From: an uncultured Gemmatimonadota bacterium
Lineage (GTDB): Bacteria > SM23-81 > DAOVCL01
Reading direction: 5' to 3'
Length of the DNA stretch: 64,000 bases
Assembly (NCBI GenBank): GCA_964626665.1
Contig: CAZVGK010000002.1
Location: 128,163-192,162, forward strand
In this document: positions 51,964 to 62,088 of the stretch, in pieces
Position numbering within the stretch: the stretch's first letter is position 1
Layout of the letters: every line of letters begins with the position of its first letter
Made by a program: the position numbers and the translations under genes
Notes under the pieces: model-generated
Seen by the model: only the letters and a program-made list of their open reading frames with translations
Told to the model about the DNA's origin: nothing
Database searches by the model: none

Positions 51964-53157
51964 ATGGCCAAGCTAACTATAGATGACCTGGAGCTAAAGG
52001 GGAAGCGGGCCCTGATCAGGGTTGATTTTAATGTCCCCTTGGATGCCCAGGGGAGGATAACGGACGATCGGAGGATAAGGGCCACCTTGCCCACCATAGA
52101 GAAGGTTCTCTCCGCAGGGGGGGGGGCCGTTCTCATCTCCCATCTGGGTCGGCCCAAGGGGAAGCCAGACCCTAAGTTAAGCCTGAGGCCAGTGGCCCAG
52201 AGGTTGGGGGAGCTTTTGGGGAAGGAGGTTGGCTTCCTCCCTGACTGTGTGGGAGATGAGGTGGGGAAAAGGGTTGCCGCAATGAAACCTGGGGAGTATC
52301 TCCTTTTGGAGAACCTCCGTTTCCACCCCGGGGAGAGGGGCAATGACAGGAGGTTTTCCAGAGAGCTGGCCAAGTTAGGTGATCTCTATGTAAACGATGC
52401 CTTCGGCACAGCCCACCGCGCCCATAGCTCCACCTATGGAGTGACCAAATACTTCTCCCAAAGGGCTGCCGGATACCTGATGGAGAAGGAGCTTAACTAC
52501 TTGGGGAAGGCCCTTACTAACCCCAGCCGTCCCTTTGTGGCTGTTTTAGGGGGAGCCAAGATATCGAGTAAGATAGAGGTGGTAGCCAACCTGCTGCGTA
52601 AGGTGAACATCCTGCTCATCGGAGGGGGGATGGCCTACACCTTCTTGAAGGCCCAGGGGTTGGAGATAGGTAAGTCCCTCCTGGAGGAGGATAAGTTGAA
52701 CCTGGCCCACAACCTTCTGCAGAATGCCAAGGATAGGGGGATAAAGATCTGCCTCCCCAGTGATTCTCTGATCGTCAAGGAGGTAGATGGTGAGGAGGTA
52801 AAGACGGTCTCCGTGGATGCCATTCCCCCGGATTGGATGGCTGTAGATATTGGACCCAAGACCATCGAAGGGTTCACGGCTAAATTGAAGGAAGCCAAGA
52901 CGGTGGTCTGGAATGGGCCAATGGGCATCTTCGAGAAGGAGAGATTTGCCCAGGGGACGATGAAGATAGCTGAGGTGTTGGCTCAGATTACCCAGGAGGG
53001 GGCCACCACCATTGTGGGGGGTGGGGACACCGCGGCTGCTGTGCAGCAGGCAGGTTATGCGGATAAGATGAGTCACATTTCAACTGGTGGGGGGGCATCG
53101 CTGGAATTTTTGGAAGGGAAGGAGTTGCCTGGAGTAAGGGCCTTGACTGATAAATAG
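51964..53157 (+). CDS. pgk: Phosphoglycerate kinase
   Basis: RVDFNVP, DAFGTAHR, STGGGASLE. Confidence 0.98.
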   Translation: MAKLTIDDLELKGKRALIRVDFNVPLDAQGRITDDRRIRATLPTIEKVLSAGGGAVLISHLGRPKGKPDPKLSLRPVAQRLGELLGKEVGFLPDCVGDEVGKRVAAMKPGEYLLLENLRFHPGERGNDRRFSRELAKLGDLYVNDAFGTAHRAHSSTYGVTKYFSQRAAGYLMEKELNYLGKALTNPSRPFVAVLGGAKISSKIEVVANLLRKVNILLIGGGMAYTFLKAQGLEIGKSLLEEDKLNLAHNLLQNAKDRGIKICLPSDSLIVKEVDGEEVKTVSVDAIPPDWMAVDIGPKTIEGFTAKLKEAKTVVWNGPMGIFEKERFAQGTMKIAEVLAQITQEGATTIVGGGDTAAAVQQAGYADKMSHISTGGGASLEFLEGKELPGVRALTDK

Positions 53158-53187
53158 GGAATTGAACAGATCCAAATGGAGGTGAGA

Positions 53188-54291
53188 ATGGCTGAGAAGA
53201 TTACTGTATCGGTGATAAAGGCTGATGTTGGCGGTTATGTAGGCCACTCCGCTATGCATCCTGCCTTGGTGGAGAAGGCTGAGGAAAACCTGGAGGTTGC
53301 CAAGAAGAATGGAAAACTCATCGATTTCTGGGTGATGAGTTGTGGGGATGACCTCGATCTGATTATGACCCACAGAAAGGGGGTGGGGGATGAGGGGATT
53401 CACAAGTTGGCCTGGGACACATTTATGGAGTGCACCCAGGTAGCCAAAGGGTTGAAGCTTTATGGGGCCGGGCAAGATATGCTCTCCGATGCCTTCAGCG
53501 GAAATGTGAGGGGGTTGGGGCCTGGGGTGGCCGAGATGGAGTTTGGGGAGCGGGAGAGCGAACCCCTAATCATCTTTATGGCCGACAAGACCTCCCCGGG
53601 GGCCTGGAATCTCCCCTTGTTTAAGATCTTCGGCGATCCCTTCAATACCGCTGGTCTGGTGATCGATCCCTCTATGCACGGCGGTTTCAAGTTTCGCATA
53701 CTGGATGTCTTAGAGGGCAAGGGGGTTACCCTGGCCTGTCCCGAGGAGCTATACGATATGCTGGTCTTCTTGGGGGCACCAAGCAGGTATGTGGTTGAGG
53801 CCATCAACAGGAAGAGCGATGGGGAAATCGCCGCCGTCCCCTCTACCCAAAGGCTATCCCTGATAGCCGGCAGATATGTGGGAAAGGATGATCCGGTCTT
53901 AATTGTTAGGGCACAGAGTGGGTTTCCTGCAGTAGGGGAGATTCTGGAGCCATTTTCCTTTCCCCATCTGGTCGAGGGTTGGATGAGGGGTTCCCACCAT
54001 GGCCCCCTAATGCCGGTCTCATTTAAAAACGCTACCCCCAGCAGGTTCGATGGTCCTCCCCGGGTGATTGCTGCTGGATTCCAGTTGAACAACGGGAGGT
54101 TGGAGGGCCCTCGGGATATGTTCGACGACCCCAGCTTTGACCGGGCCAGGGATTTGGCCAACGACATTGCCGATTATCTGCGCAGGCATGGCCCCTTTGA
54201 GCCCCACCGCCTCCCCTTGGAGGCCATGGAATACACCACCCTGCCAGAGGTGCGCAAGAAGCTGGAGGGAAGGTTTGAGAAGACAAAATAA
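53188..54291 (+). CDS. fbp: Bifunctional FBP aldolase/phosphatase (FBPase class V)
   Basis: IKADVGG, GDD, LYGAGQD, YVGKDDP, GWMRGSH, MEYTT. Confidence 0.96.
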   Translation: MAEKITVSVIKADVGGYVGHSAMHPALVEKAEENLEVAKKNGKLIDFWVMSCGDDLDLIMTHRKGVGDEGIHKLAWDTFMECTQVAKGLKLYGAGQDMLSDAFSGNVRGLGPGVAEMEFGERESEPLIIFMADKTSPGAWNLPLFKIFGDPFNTAGLVIDPSMHGGFKFRILDVLEGKGVTLACPEELYDMLVFLGAPSRYVVEAINRKSDGEIAAVPSTQRLSLIAGRYVGKDDPVLIVRAQSGFPAVGEILEPFSFPHLVEGWMRGSHHGPLMPVSFKNATPSRFDGPPRVIAAGFQLNNGRLEGPRDMFDDPSFDRARDLANDIADYLRRHGPFEPHRLPLEAMEYTTLPEVRKKLEGRFEKTK

Positions 54292-54462
54292 GTGTTCCTG
54301 CCTCCTAAGCTAACCTACGGAATTTGAAGGCGTCCCTTTAGGATGATTGGAGCTGCATTTGGATGAGTAGATACTCATCCGAAAAGGAGGAGTTAAAAAG
54401 CTCTGCATTCCATCATGCTATCTAACTGGGGCGCAAAGAGTCAGGGATCGAGTGGAAACAGT

Positions 54463-54676
54463 GGGATTCGCATTCCGGCGGACAGCCATTGAGAAAGAGA
54501 GCCAGCAGGGGAGCCGTGGAGTTATACGAGTCGCATAACATGCAAGTTTTACCGTCAGATTCTGCAGATAAGGGCGTGGATATCAAGAGGTTACTGAAAA
54601 GGATCGTTTGGGTGTTATGCGACACAGCTTGTCATCTATAAGGTTCTTATGCGACTAACATAAGCCGTAGTTATGC
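54463..54676 (+). mobile_element. intI 3' tip plus attI-like region, copy 1
   Basis: About 210-bp near-duplicate of 59319-59532; repeated GTTATRC boxes; final GTTATGCGGCGGC is the exact complement of the first cassette's end. Confidence 0.75.
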
Positions 54677-54787
54677 GGCGGCTGGTGACATTGAGAGGCA
54701 AGTTTTCCACTGACACTACGTCAAGTTCAGAATGTAGGGAGTGCAATGTAGTCTGTCTTCAAAGAAAAAGATGGGAGTGGTGGGCAG

Positions 54788-55273
54788 ATGACAGGATCAA
54801 AATCGTTGTTGCGAGATGGACGAATTCAAAAGGCCGCTGGGGTGTGGGCAGAGTACGTAAAAGCGAAACGCGCATTGTTGGAAGCGGGTCTGATTCGCTC
54901 ATTCAAGGCCGCTGAAGCAGACTTTGCCGAGTGGCTTGTAGCAGTCGTGTTTGATGGTGAACTACCTCCCAGCAAGTCGTATGCTGGCTATGATGTAATC
55001 GCTGGGAACAGAAGAATTCAAGTTAAAAGCATCGCCAAAATGCCTGACAATCCCAATGGTTACATAATTGTAAAGAAGGACCGGAAAAACGATAGGGAAA
55101 CAGGGGCAACACACTACGCTTTTGTTTTCTTTGACGAGTTGATACCCGATGCCATCTTTCTTGTAAAGGAGGCTTTTGTTCGCCAGTTTCCAAAGAAGCA
55201 AATCAAGCGTCCGCATCTCGAAAACGCCAACAGTAGGGTTGAAGTTGATCTAAACGTTTTCAGGCGTTTGTAG
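54788..55273 (+). CDS. Cassette ORF, PD-(D/E)XK-like (DUF6998-like)
   Basis: DFAEWLVA...GYDV...IQVKS. Confidence 0.65.
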   Translation: MTGSKSLLRDGRIQKAAGVWAEYVKAKRALLEAGLIRSFKAAEADFAEWLVAVVFDGELPPSKSYAGYDVIAGNRRIQVKSIAKMPDNPNGYIIVKKDRKNDRETGATHYAFVFFDELIPDAIFLVKEAFVRQFPKKQIKRPHLENANSRVEVDLNVFRRL

Positions 55274-55290
55274 CGCATTTGTTCGCCGCC

Positions 55291-55422
55291 GCATAACCAC
55301 TCGCTGCAGCCGACCTTGCTATCGAGTATTTTTGTGAGGCTGTTTTTGCTTTTGTAGCACTTCAGGTTCAGGTTGGTCACACTGCGCAAGCCGCAAGGCG
55401 GCTGAGCTCGAGGCCGTTATGT
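55291..55422 (+). mobile_element. attC site
   Basis: GCATAAC...GTTATGT with CAGCCGACCTTGC/GCAAGGCGGCTG arms. Confidence 0.9.
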
Positions 55423-55449
55423 GTCAAAGAATATCTGGAGTTTTTTAAT

Positions 55450-56289
55450 ATGAAAAGAAGGTTGGAAAAAATAATTGAAGATAAATTAATAGCAAGCAGT
55501 TTGTGGTCTAATAAAATTGAACAGGACTGCAAAAATCAAAATGTCTTTCTTGCAATCAGAGATAATCGATTCGATCTGTATCACAACGGCGGAAAGCTTT
55601 TTTGCTATGACAGCAGTGGTTTTAAAACTCACCTAAAATATGCTTCCGTAATTACAACAAGCGGGAAGGATTATCTGACTGAATCAGAATTATCAGCTTA
55701 TAGGTTGGCTTCTGACTTTGAAAAAAATTATCAGAGAATTAAAGAAAATTGTTCCAACTATTCAGGGATAGAAGCTTCTGGTGTGTCACACTTATATCAC
55801 AAACACTCATACTTATCGAATAGCAATGTTCTTGTTTTGGATATTGAAATTTCGTTTGAATCACTGAATGAGAAATACAATCAGGATAGAATTGATATTT
55901 TACTATATAATAAAGACTCCAAAACTCTACAATTTGTTGAAGCAAAGCATTTCTCAAATAAAGAAATCTGGTCAAAGACAACTCCAAAAGTAATAAGTCA
56001 AATAAAAAGATATGAATCGCAAATAGCAAAACGAAAATCAGAAATACTTTTAGAATACACTGAATACGTAAAAATTATTAACGATATTTTTGGTATATCA
56101 CTGCCTGAACCAACAGATATTGAAGACAATGTTACTTTATTGGTTTTCGGCTTTGATAACGATCAGAAAAACGGCAGATTGAAAAAACTGATTACTAAAA
56201 ACCCCGCATATTCAGGAATACAGAATTACTCTATTGGAAACATTAAGCAAATTGTAACTGAAAATCTTTGGAATGCAAAGGTTTTGTAA
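55450..56289 (+). CDS. Cassette ORF, PD-(D/E)XK nuclease-like
   Basis: DIEI...DRIDILL...FVEAK; AT-rich. Confidence 0.7.
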   Translation: MKRRLEKIIEDKLIASSLWSNKIEQDCKNQNVFLAIRDNRFDLYHNGGKLFCYDSSGFKTHLKYASVITTSGKDYLTESELSAYRLASDFEKNYQRIKENCSNYSGIEASGVSHLYHKHSYLSNSNVLVLDIEISFESLNEKYNQDRIDILLYNKDSKTLQFVEAKHFSNKEIWSKTTPKVISQIKRYESQIAKRKSEILLEYTEYVKIINDIFGISLPEPTDIEDNVTLLVFGFDNDQKNGRLKKLITKNPAYSGIQNYSIGNIKQIVTENLWNAKVL

Positions 56290-56291
56290 CT

Positions 56292-56390
56292 ATGAACTTT
56301 AAAATTCACAGAGGCACAAAAGAAATTGGAGGTTCATGTGTAGAAATTTGGACAGAATCAACACGGATAGTTGTTGATTTTGGAACGCGT
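56292..56390 (+). pseudogene. Truncated MBL-fold (RNase J-like) hydrolase
   Basis: MNFKIHRGTKEIGGSCVEI...IVVDFG, cut by the repeat at 56394. Confidence 0.75.
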
Positions 56391-56393
56391 GTA

Positions 56394-56642
56394 ATAACGG
56401 GGTTTGCCCTTGACATTGGACAAATACCTCTAAAGGCTTGTTTAAGTGATTTTCACTTTGCCATTTGAAGCTTCGTCAAATTTGGGTCGTCTGTATCTTG
56501 TCGGTTTACCCCCTGCGGGCAGGAAAGGCGAAGCCTCGCTGGGGGGTGAGAGGTTTGCCTAACAAATAGCAAAAGAATTTAAAGAGAAAGAGGATATCAA
56601 CCAGAATCTTGTTAAAGATCAAGGGCTGACCCTTGTCTATCT
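56394..56642. mobile_element. MITE-like element A (imperfect TIRs ACGGGGTTTGCCCTTGA / TCAAGGGCTGACCCTTGT)
   Basis: Homologous to 57330-57552; left end repeated at 58345-58383. Confidence 0.7.
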
Positions 56643-56658
56643 CAGTTAGGAGTTTCCA

Positions 56659-56973
56659 ATGTCTGTCGTCGAAACGAGTTACGAACATATTATCCTTAAC
56701 GAAAAAAAACAACCGATCATTGAAGGCACGAAAATCAAAGTAATTGAGCTCGTACTTGACAAAATAGCCTATGGTTGGAGCCCCGAGGAACTCCAATATC
56801 AACATCCTCAACTTACACTGGGACAAGTATATTCGGCCTTGGCTTATTATGCTGACCACCAAGAAGAGCTTGATGAAGAAATAGAAACTCAATTGCAGCA
56901 AGTAGACCAATTGAGAGGATCGGTGAAACCCACTCCCCTTGTCAAAAGGCTGAAGGCTAAGAAACTGATTTAA
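56659..56973 (+). CDS. DUF433 family antitoxin
   Basis: P.I.GT.I.V...G.SPEE...HP.LT..QV..ALAYY. Confidence 0.88.
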   Translation: MSVVETSYEHIILNEKKQPIIEGTKIKVIELVLDKIAYGWSPEELQYQHPQLTLGQVYSALAYYADHQEELDEEIETQLQQVDQLRGSVKPTPLVKRLKAKKLI

Positions 56974-57306
56974 TGGCAATCCAACTCTACACGGATCATA
57001 ACGTGCCTCGCGCAATTGTGGACGGACTAAGATCACGTGGTGTCGACATCGTTACTTCATATGAAGATGGCACGAGTGAATTCGATGATTCAGAACTGTT
57101 CGGCCGAGCAACGGAATTAGGCCGTGCGTTATTCACCAGAGACTACGACCTGCTGCAGGAAGCAACAAGGCGGCAAAGGAGTGGTATTCGCTTCAGCGGT
57201 GTCATTTATGCACACCAGTTACGAGTTTCAGTAGGCATTAGAAATTATTGCAAAAGCGGGAGGGCCTGAAGATATCGAGAACAGGGTCGAATTCCTACCA
57301 TTGTAA
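56973..57306 (+). pseudogene. DUF5615 PIN-like toxin, frameshifted near the 3' end
   Basis: DHNV...L...G.D...D..L...A...R..FTRD.D; the expected tail LEIIAKAG...VEFLPL is in another frame (57238-57306). Confidence 0.75.
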
Positions 57307-57329
57307 CTCCTACCAGCCAGTCTCCCGTC

Positions 57330-57552
57330 GGACAAATACTTCTATAGGCTCATTTGAGTAATTTTCACTTTGCCATTTGAAACTTCGTCCAATTTAGGTT
57401 CTCTATACCATGTCGGCTTGCCCCCTGCGGGCCGGAAAGGCGAATCCTCACTGGGAGTGAGAGGTTTGCCTAACAGATAGCAAAAGAATTTGAAGAGAAA
57501 AAGGGTATTAACCAAAATCCTGTCAAATATCAAGGGTTAACCCCTGTCTATC
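57330..57552. mobile_element. MITE-like element B (left TIR missing)
   Basis: High identity to 56417-56642. Confidence 0.7.
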
Positions 57553-57557
57553 TTGAA

Positions 57558-57670
57558 GCCGACAATGCTATCGAGTCTCGTCTTGAGATTGCTTTCGTCT
57601 TCGAGCGATTTGTGTCAGGGTTCGTTTCACTGCGGTAGCCGCATTGCGGCTTGTGTGCCATACGTTCGGA
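57558..57670 (+). mobile_element. attC remnant lacking its R'' end
   Basis: GCCGACAATGC/GCATTGCGGC arms resembling attC 55291; ends GTTCGGA. Confidence 0.65.
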
Positions 57671-57717
57671 GTAACTATTCAATTGTTGTTGCACGATAAA
57701 AATGGTACATTAAGACC

Positions 57718-57909
57718 ATGAACAGGAAACACACAGCCAAATACCGAATGTCGGACAGCCGAAACGACGACTTTGTTCCTGGCAAGCCGGCAGATCGCAT
57801 TAAACTCGTCTGGATTCTTACCAGAGAAATTATGTCCCTGAGCAAAAAGCACGATGCTGAACGAAGACTACAAAGACATGTTACGCGCCTTATCCGACGA
57901 GAAGGTTAA
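57718..57909 (+). CDS. Small protein, putative partner of the nucleotidyltransferase
   Basis: Overlaps the next gene in TA-like arrangement; RLQRHVTRL tail. Confidence 0.55.
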   Translation: MNRKHTAKYRMSDSRNDDFVPGKPADRIKLVWILTREIMSLSKKHDAERRLQRHVTRLIRREG

Positions 57910-58318
57910 ATTTCTCCTCGTCGGTGCCTATGCAATGGCAGCTCACGGCTACCCTCGGGCTACCATGGACATAGATATTTGGGTCATGCCATCACCTCAA
58001 AACGCCGATGCCGTGCTACGAGCACTGCGCCGCTTTGGTGCACCTCTACACAATTTGACCAGGGAAGACCTCCAGAAGGATGGGACTATTTTTCAGATCG
58101 GTGTTGCCCCAAGGCGAATCGACCTTATGACTGCAGCATCCGGGCTTCAATTTGAAGAGGTATATAGACGGTCGTTGTCTGTGAACATCGAGGGGATCGA
58201 AGTACACATTCCATTAATTGGTGACCTGATTCGAAACAAAAGGGCATCAGGAAGAACCAAGGATTTAGCTGACGCAGAAGCATTGGAATCACTGAGGAAC
58301 TCAGAACAACCGCATTAA
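57854..58318 (+). CDS. Nucleotidyltransferase-fold protein
   Basis: LVGAYAMAAHGYPRATMDID...K...GRTKDLAD. Confidence 0.85.
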   Translation: MLNEDYKDMLRALSDEKVKFLLVGAYAMAAHGYPRATMDIDIWVMPSPQNADAVLRALRRFGAPLHNLTREDLQKDGTIFQIGVAPRRIDLMTAASGLQFEEVYRRSLSVNIEGIEVHIPLIGDLIRNKRASGRTKDLADAEALESLRNSEQPH

Positions 58319-58340
58319 CTCGGACTGTCAATTCCGCTGT
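58301..58340 (+). mobile_element. attC 5' half, truncated by MITE-like end C (58345-58383)
   Basis: TCAGAAC complements the cassette start GTTCGGA (one mismatch); AATTCCGCTG resembles the loop of attC 62307. Confidence 0.6.
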
Positions 58341-58548
58341 GGAAATAACAGGGTCAGCCCTTGACATTGGACAAATACTTCTGTAGGGGGGAGTTGGGGG
58401 CGGCCATAAAATTATAAATTTCATCTGTGGCCCGACTGTAGAAACCCTGGAATGAGTAGCCGTAAGCCCTTAGTAAACGAAGGGTTACACAGCAAGGGGG
58501 CTGGTTGAGCCCTATCTGTTTCCTGATGTTAGATAGAAAGAATAACAA

Positions 58549-58797
58549 TTGAAGAAAGAAAAGCTGTTACGAAAACTGCTTTCTGGCTCAAAAGATATTC
58601 GATTTTCGGAAATTCAATCGGCGGTGGAGCTATTTGGATTTCGTCTCGACCGTATTAAGGGCAGTCATCATATTTATGAACATCCCGATATACCAGAATT
58701 GATCAACCTGCAAAATGTAAAAGGTAAGGCAAAACCGTATCAGGTTAAACAATTCTTAGCATTGGTGGAAAGATATAACCTGCACATGGAGGAATAG
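58549..58797 (+). CDS. hicA: HicA toxin
   Basis: GF...R.KGSHH...HP...KAKPYQVKQ. Confidence 0.9.
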   Translation: MKKEKLLRKLLSGSKDIRFSEIQSAVELFGFRLDRIKGSHHIYEHPDIPELINLQNVKGKAKPYQVKQFLALVERYNLHMEE

Positions 58798-58799
58798 AG

Positions 58800-59018
58800 A
58801 TGAAGGACTATCATATTAATATCTTTTACAGTGAGGAAGATGAGGGATACATTGCCGATATTCCTGACCTCAAACATTGTTCAGCTTTTGGTTCAACACC
58901 ACAAGAGGCACTTAGTGAAGTATTAAAAGCTAAGGAAGCGTGGTTAGAAGCTGCTCGTAGTAGAGGTAAACCTATCCCTGAACCAAGCTATCATCCTCTT
59001 ATTTATGAGATTGCTTAA
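58800..59018 (+). CDS. hicB: HicB antitoxin
   Basis: EDEGY.A..PDL..CSAFG.T..EAL...W...G.PIP.P. Confidence 0.9.
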   Translation: MKDYHINIFYSEEDEGYIADIPDLKHCSAFGSTPQEALSEVLKAKEAWLEAARSRGKPIPEPSYHPLIYEIA

Positions 59019-59225
59019 GAATTTCCAATAGCAAAAGATACGAATTTAAAGAAGAAGTCATAGGATATCACTCAAAATTTGTTAAATACCAAGGACTGAT
59101 CCCTATTCGTTCCCCTTGAACCCCACTGACTCTCTCTCGAGGCGAAGGAATACTTGAAAGCGGGTATAAACTGCCAGGTTACCACACGTTTCTTCACTCC
59201 CTTGCTACCCGGCCTCCCTGAAGAC

Positions 59226-59348
59226 GGATATGACATACGAACCGTGCTGGAGTTGTTGGGACACAACGATGTGAAAACCACGATGATCTACACCCACGTT
59301 TTGAATCGTGGCGCGAAGGGAATTCGCAGTCCGGCGGATAGCCTTTGA
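59226..59348 (+). pseudogene. intI: C-terminal remnant of integron integrase
   Basis: [38 protein letters not shown], the IntI C-terminal motif. Confidence 0.88.
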
Positions 59349-59532
59349 GAAAGAGAGCCAACAGGGGAACCGTGGAGTTATACGAGTCGCATAACATGCA
59401 AGTCTTACCGTCAGATTCTGCAGATAATGGCGTGGATATCAAGAGGTTACTGAAAAAGTTCGTCTGGGTGTTATGCGACACAGCTTGTCATCTATAAGGT
59501 TCTTATGCGACTAACATAAGCCTTAGTTATGC
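59319..59532 (+). mobile_element. intI 3' tip plus attI-like region, copy 2
   Basis: Duplicate of 54463-54676 (offset 4856); GTTATGCGT complements ACGCATAAC at the cassette end. Confidence 0.75.
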
Positions 59533-59543
59533 GTGAAAAGAAA

Positions 59544-60002
59544 ATGAGTAGAGCGAAATTTCAAGTATTAATCATTCCTTTTCGAATCGCAGAAAATGGA
59601 ATACCTGAATTTGCAGTTACAAAGCGCTTTGATATGGATGCTTGGCAGTTCCTCTCCGGTGGCGGAGAAGCTGATGAAACTCCAATACAAGCTGCCAAGC
59701 GTGAAGCTAATGAGGAAGGGAATATCCCATACGATTATGAAATGATAAAGTTGGATTCAACTTCTTCAATTCCTGCAATTAACTTCGCCGCTCATAAGGA
59801 GTGGGGAGACACTGTCTATGTTGTCCCTGAATACTCTTTTGGAGTGAAAATGCAAGATAAGGATTTGATACTGAGTTTCGAGCATACAGAGCTAAAGTGG
59901 TTGAAATATACGGAAGCTGTCGCAGTATTAACATGGGATAGCAACAAAACAGCATTATGGGAATTAAATGAACGCATAACAAGGCGCTGCACTGGACGCT
60001 GA
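59544..60002 (+). CDS. NUDIX hydrolase cassette
   Basis: GGGEADETPIQAAKREANEEG Nudix box; ORF stops inside attC. Confidence 0.9.
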   Translation: MSRAKFQVLIIPFRIAENGIPEFAVTKRFDMDAWQFLSGGGEADETPIQAAKREANEEGNIPYDYEMIKLDSTSSIPAINFAAHKEWGDTVYVVPEYSFGVKMQDKDLILSFEHTELKWLKYTEAVAVLTWDSNKTALWELNERITRRCTGR

Positions 60003-60044
60003 TTCAGCTACGCTCCAAAATGCAGGTGAACTCAGTTGTTATAC
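59974..60044 (+). mobile_element. attC site
   Basis: GCATAAC...GTTATAC; CTGCAC/GGTGAAC L boxes. Confidence 0.85.
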
Positions 60045-60061
60045 TTAAGAGGTTATGTTAA

Positions 60062-60892
60062 ATGAAAAGAAGAGAACTTAAATATCGAATAAACTGGCGA
60101 GATGCATGGGAGAAAATGAGGCGTGAGAGAATTAGAAAACTCATAGTAACGTATGACAGGGATTTCCAAATAAAATCCAACGAAGATTTTTCAAATCGTT
60201 ATAAGTGGAATGATTACGAATCTGGAAGAGAAGTGGTGAATATATTGGGAAATATTTTAAATGAAGACTTCGAAGTTCTTGAGATCGGTCCTGGTCCTGG
60301 AACTTTAACGATCCCTCTTTCTGAAAAAGTTAGAAAAATCACTTGTGTAGAGGCTTCAAAAGCAAATTTAGAGATTTTAAAGGGAAATTTAAAAGAAAAG
60401 GGCATTGAAAATGTCGAATTGATAAATGAGTATTGGGAAAAGGCTAAAATTGAAAATAGCTTTGATTTAGTTGTTTGCTCACATTTTCTTTGGATGGTTG
60501 AGGATCTTGAAAAGCATTTGGAACGAATGGAGCAATTTTCGAACAGATATTGTGTCATAGTCCAGCCATCTGGGAGAGATGAAATGGTTAAGAAGGCTTT
60601 TGAGGAGATTTGCAAGGAAAGATACACCGGACAATTTGAATCGGATGCAGAGTATTTCCCTTATGTGATTTTAAGGGAATGGTCAAGATTTTTAGATGTT
60701 CGCTACCTCAAATATTCCTTTGAACTTAATATAGAGGAAGGTATTAGGTATATAGCGAGTTACTTGGGGAAATTCATAGAGGTTGATGAACAAGTTGCAA
60801 GTAAGATAAAGAATTTTTTGATAGCCGAGGTGGGCGAACCTTGGGTGGTAAGAGATAAAGCAGTTGTTATGTGGTGGGAACCAGAAAAATGA
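60062..60892 (+). CDS. Class I SAM-dependent methyltransferase
   Basis: VLEIGPGPG, FDLVVCSH. Confidence 0.9.
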   Translation: MKRRELKYRINWRDAWEKMRRERIRKLIVTYDRDFQIKSNEDFSNRYKWNDYESGREVVNILGNILNEDFEVLEIGPGPGTLTIPLSEKVRKITCVEASKANLEILKGNLKEKGIENVELINEYWEKAKIENSFDLVVCSHFLWMVEDLEKHLERMEQFSNRYCVIVQPSGRDEMVKKAFEEICKERYTGQFESDAEYFPYVILREWSRFLDVRYLKYSFELNIEEGIRYIASYLGKFIEVDEQVASKIKNFLIAEVGEPWVVRDKAVVMWWEPEK

Positions 60893-62088
60893 ATGAACAA
60901 AAAATTAAAATCTTTGAAGGTATTACCAGAAATATATTCATATTGGGGTTAGTAAGTTTATTCACCGACCTTTCAAGCCAGATGGTCTTTCCATTAATTC
61001 CTTTATTTTTAACTACTGTCTTAGGTGCTGGTGCTTATGCAGTGGGCATTGTTGAAGGTGCTGCGGAGACAACAGCTTCTTTATTAAAGGTTGTTTCTGG
61101 TTATTGGTCGGATAAAATTAAAAAGAGGAAGCCTTTTGTTTTGTTTGGCTATTCTCTGTCGTCTATAACAAAACCATTGTTCGCTTTTGCTAATGTCTGG
61201 TCTTTTGTTCTTTTTGTCAGGGTAATAGAGAGAATTGGTAAAGGCCTGAGAACTGCTCCAAGAGATGCACTTGTGGCTGAATCTTGTGATGAGGGTGTTA
61301 GAGGGAAAGCTTATGGGTTTCATAGGGCTATGGATGGTATTGGTTCAGTTTTAGGAGCAATTCTTGCTTTCTTACTTCTCCCAGTTTTAGGATATAGAAA
61401 TATTTTTCTATTTGCTTTTATACCGGGAATAATTGCAGTATTTGTTATTCTGTTCATCAAAGAGAAAAAAGCGCCTGTGAAAGAAGAACCACAAGAAAAA
61501 CCTGTTAGGTTAAGTTTCAAGGGATTACCTAAGAATTTAAGATTATTTATTATTGTTTCTTCAATATTTGCCTTAGGTCATTTTGGATATGCTTTTCTCT
61601 TGTTAAGGGCGAAGAATATAGGATTGGCTGATAACACGGCAATCCTTCTCTATGTTTTATTTTATATCGTTTATACTATTTGCATAATACCGGCAGGAAT
61701 ATTATCAGATAAGATTGGAAGAAAACCTGTCTTAGTCGCAGGATATTTAGTATTTGCGATAACTTCTTTTGGATTGATATACAGTTCAAATATTCATAGT
61801 ATTCTATTGTTTTTCGTAATTTATGGAATATTCTACGCAATGATTGACGGTGTTCAAAGAGCATTTGTAGTAGATTTAGCCCCAAAACACCTGAAAGCGA
61901 CGGCATTAGGAGCATTTCATACAGCAATAGGACTGGTAGCCCTTCCGGGTGGATTCATCGCTGGCTTGCTGTGGGATAAAGTAAGTCCGGAAGCAACCTT
62001 TGTGTATGGTGTTATACTAGCAATACTTTCAATAGTTTTATTCATATTTGTAAAATTTAAAACGCAATATGCAATTAAATATATATAG
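60889..62088 (+). CDS. MFS transporter
   Basis: SG..SDK..KRK, RIGKGLRTAPRDAL, GFHRAMD. Confidence 0.92.
   Translation: MNEQKIKIFEGITRNIFILGLVSLFTDLSSQMVFPLIPLFLTTVLGAGAYAVGIVEGAAETTASLLKVVSGYWSDKIKKRKPFVLFGYSLSSITKPLFAFANVWSFVLFVRVIERIGKGLRTAPRDALVAESCDEGVRGKAYGFHRAMDGIGSVLGAILAFLLLPVLGYRNIFLFAFIPGIIAVFVILFIKEKKAPVKEEPQEKPVRLSFKGLPKNLRLFIIVSSIFALGHFGYAFLLLRAKNIGLADNTAILLYVLFYIVYTICIIPAGILSDKIGRKPVLVAGYLVFAITSFGLIYSSNIHSILLFFVIYGIFYAMIDGVQRAFVVDLAPKHLKATALGAFHTAIGLVALPGGFIAGLLWDKVSPEATFVYGVILAILSIVLFIFVKFKTQYAIKYI

Noticed and set aside
54422-54625. Duplicated ORFs MSHNTQT... (also 59194-59481) as a gene family
   Set aside because: Antisense read-through of the duplicated attI-like block.
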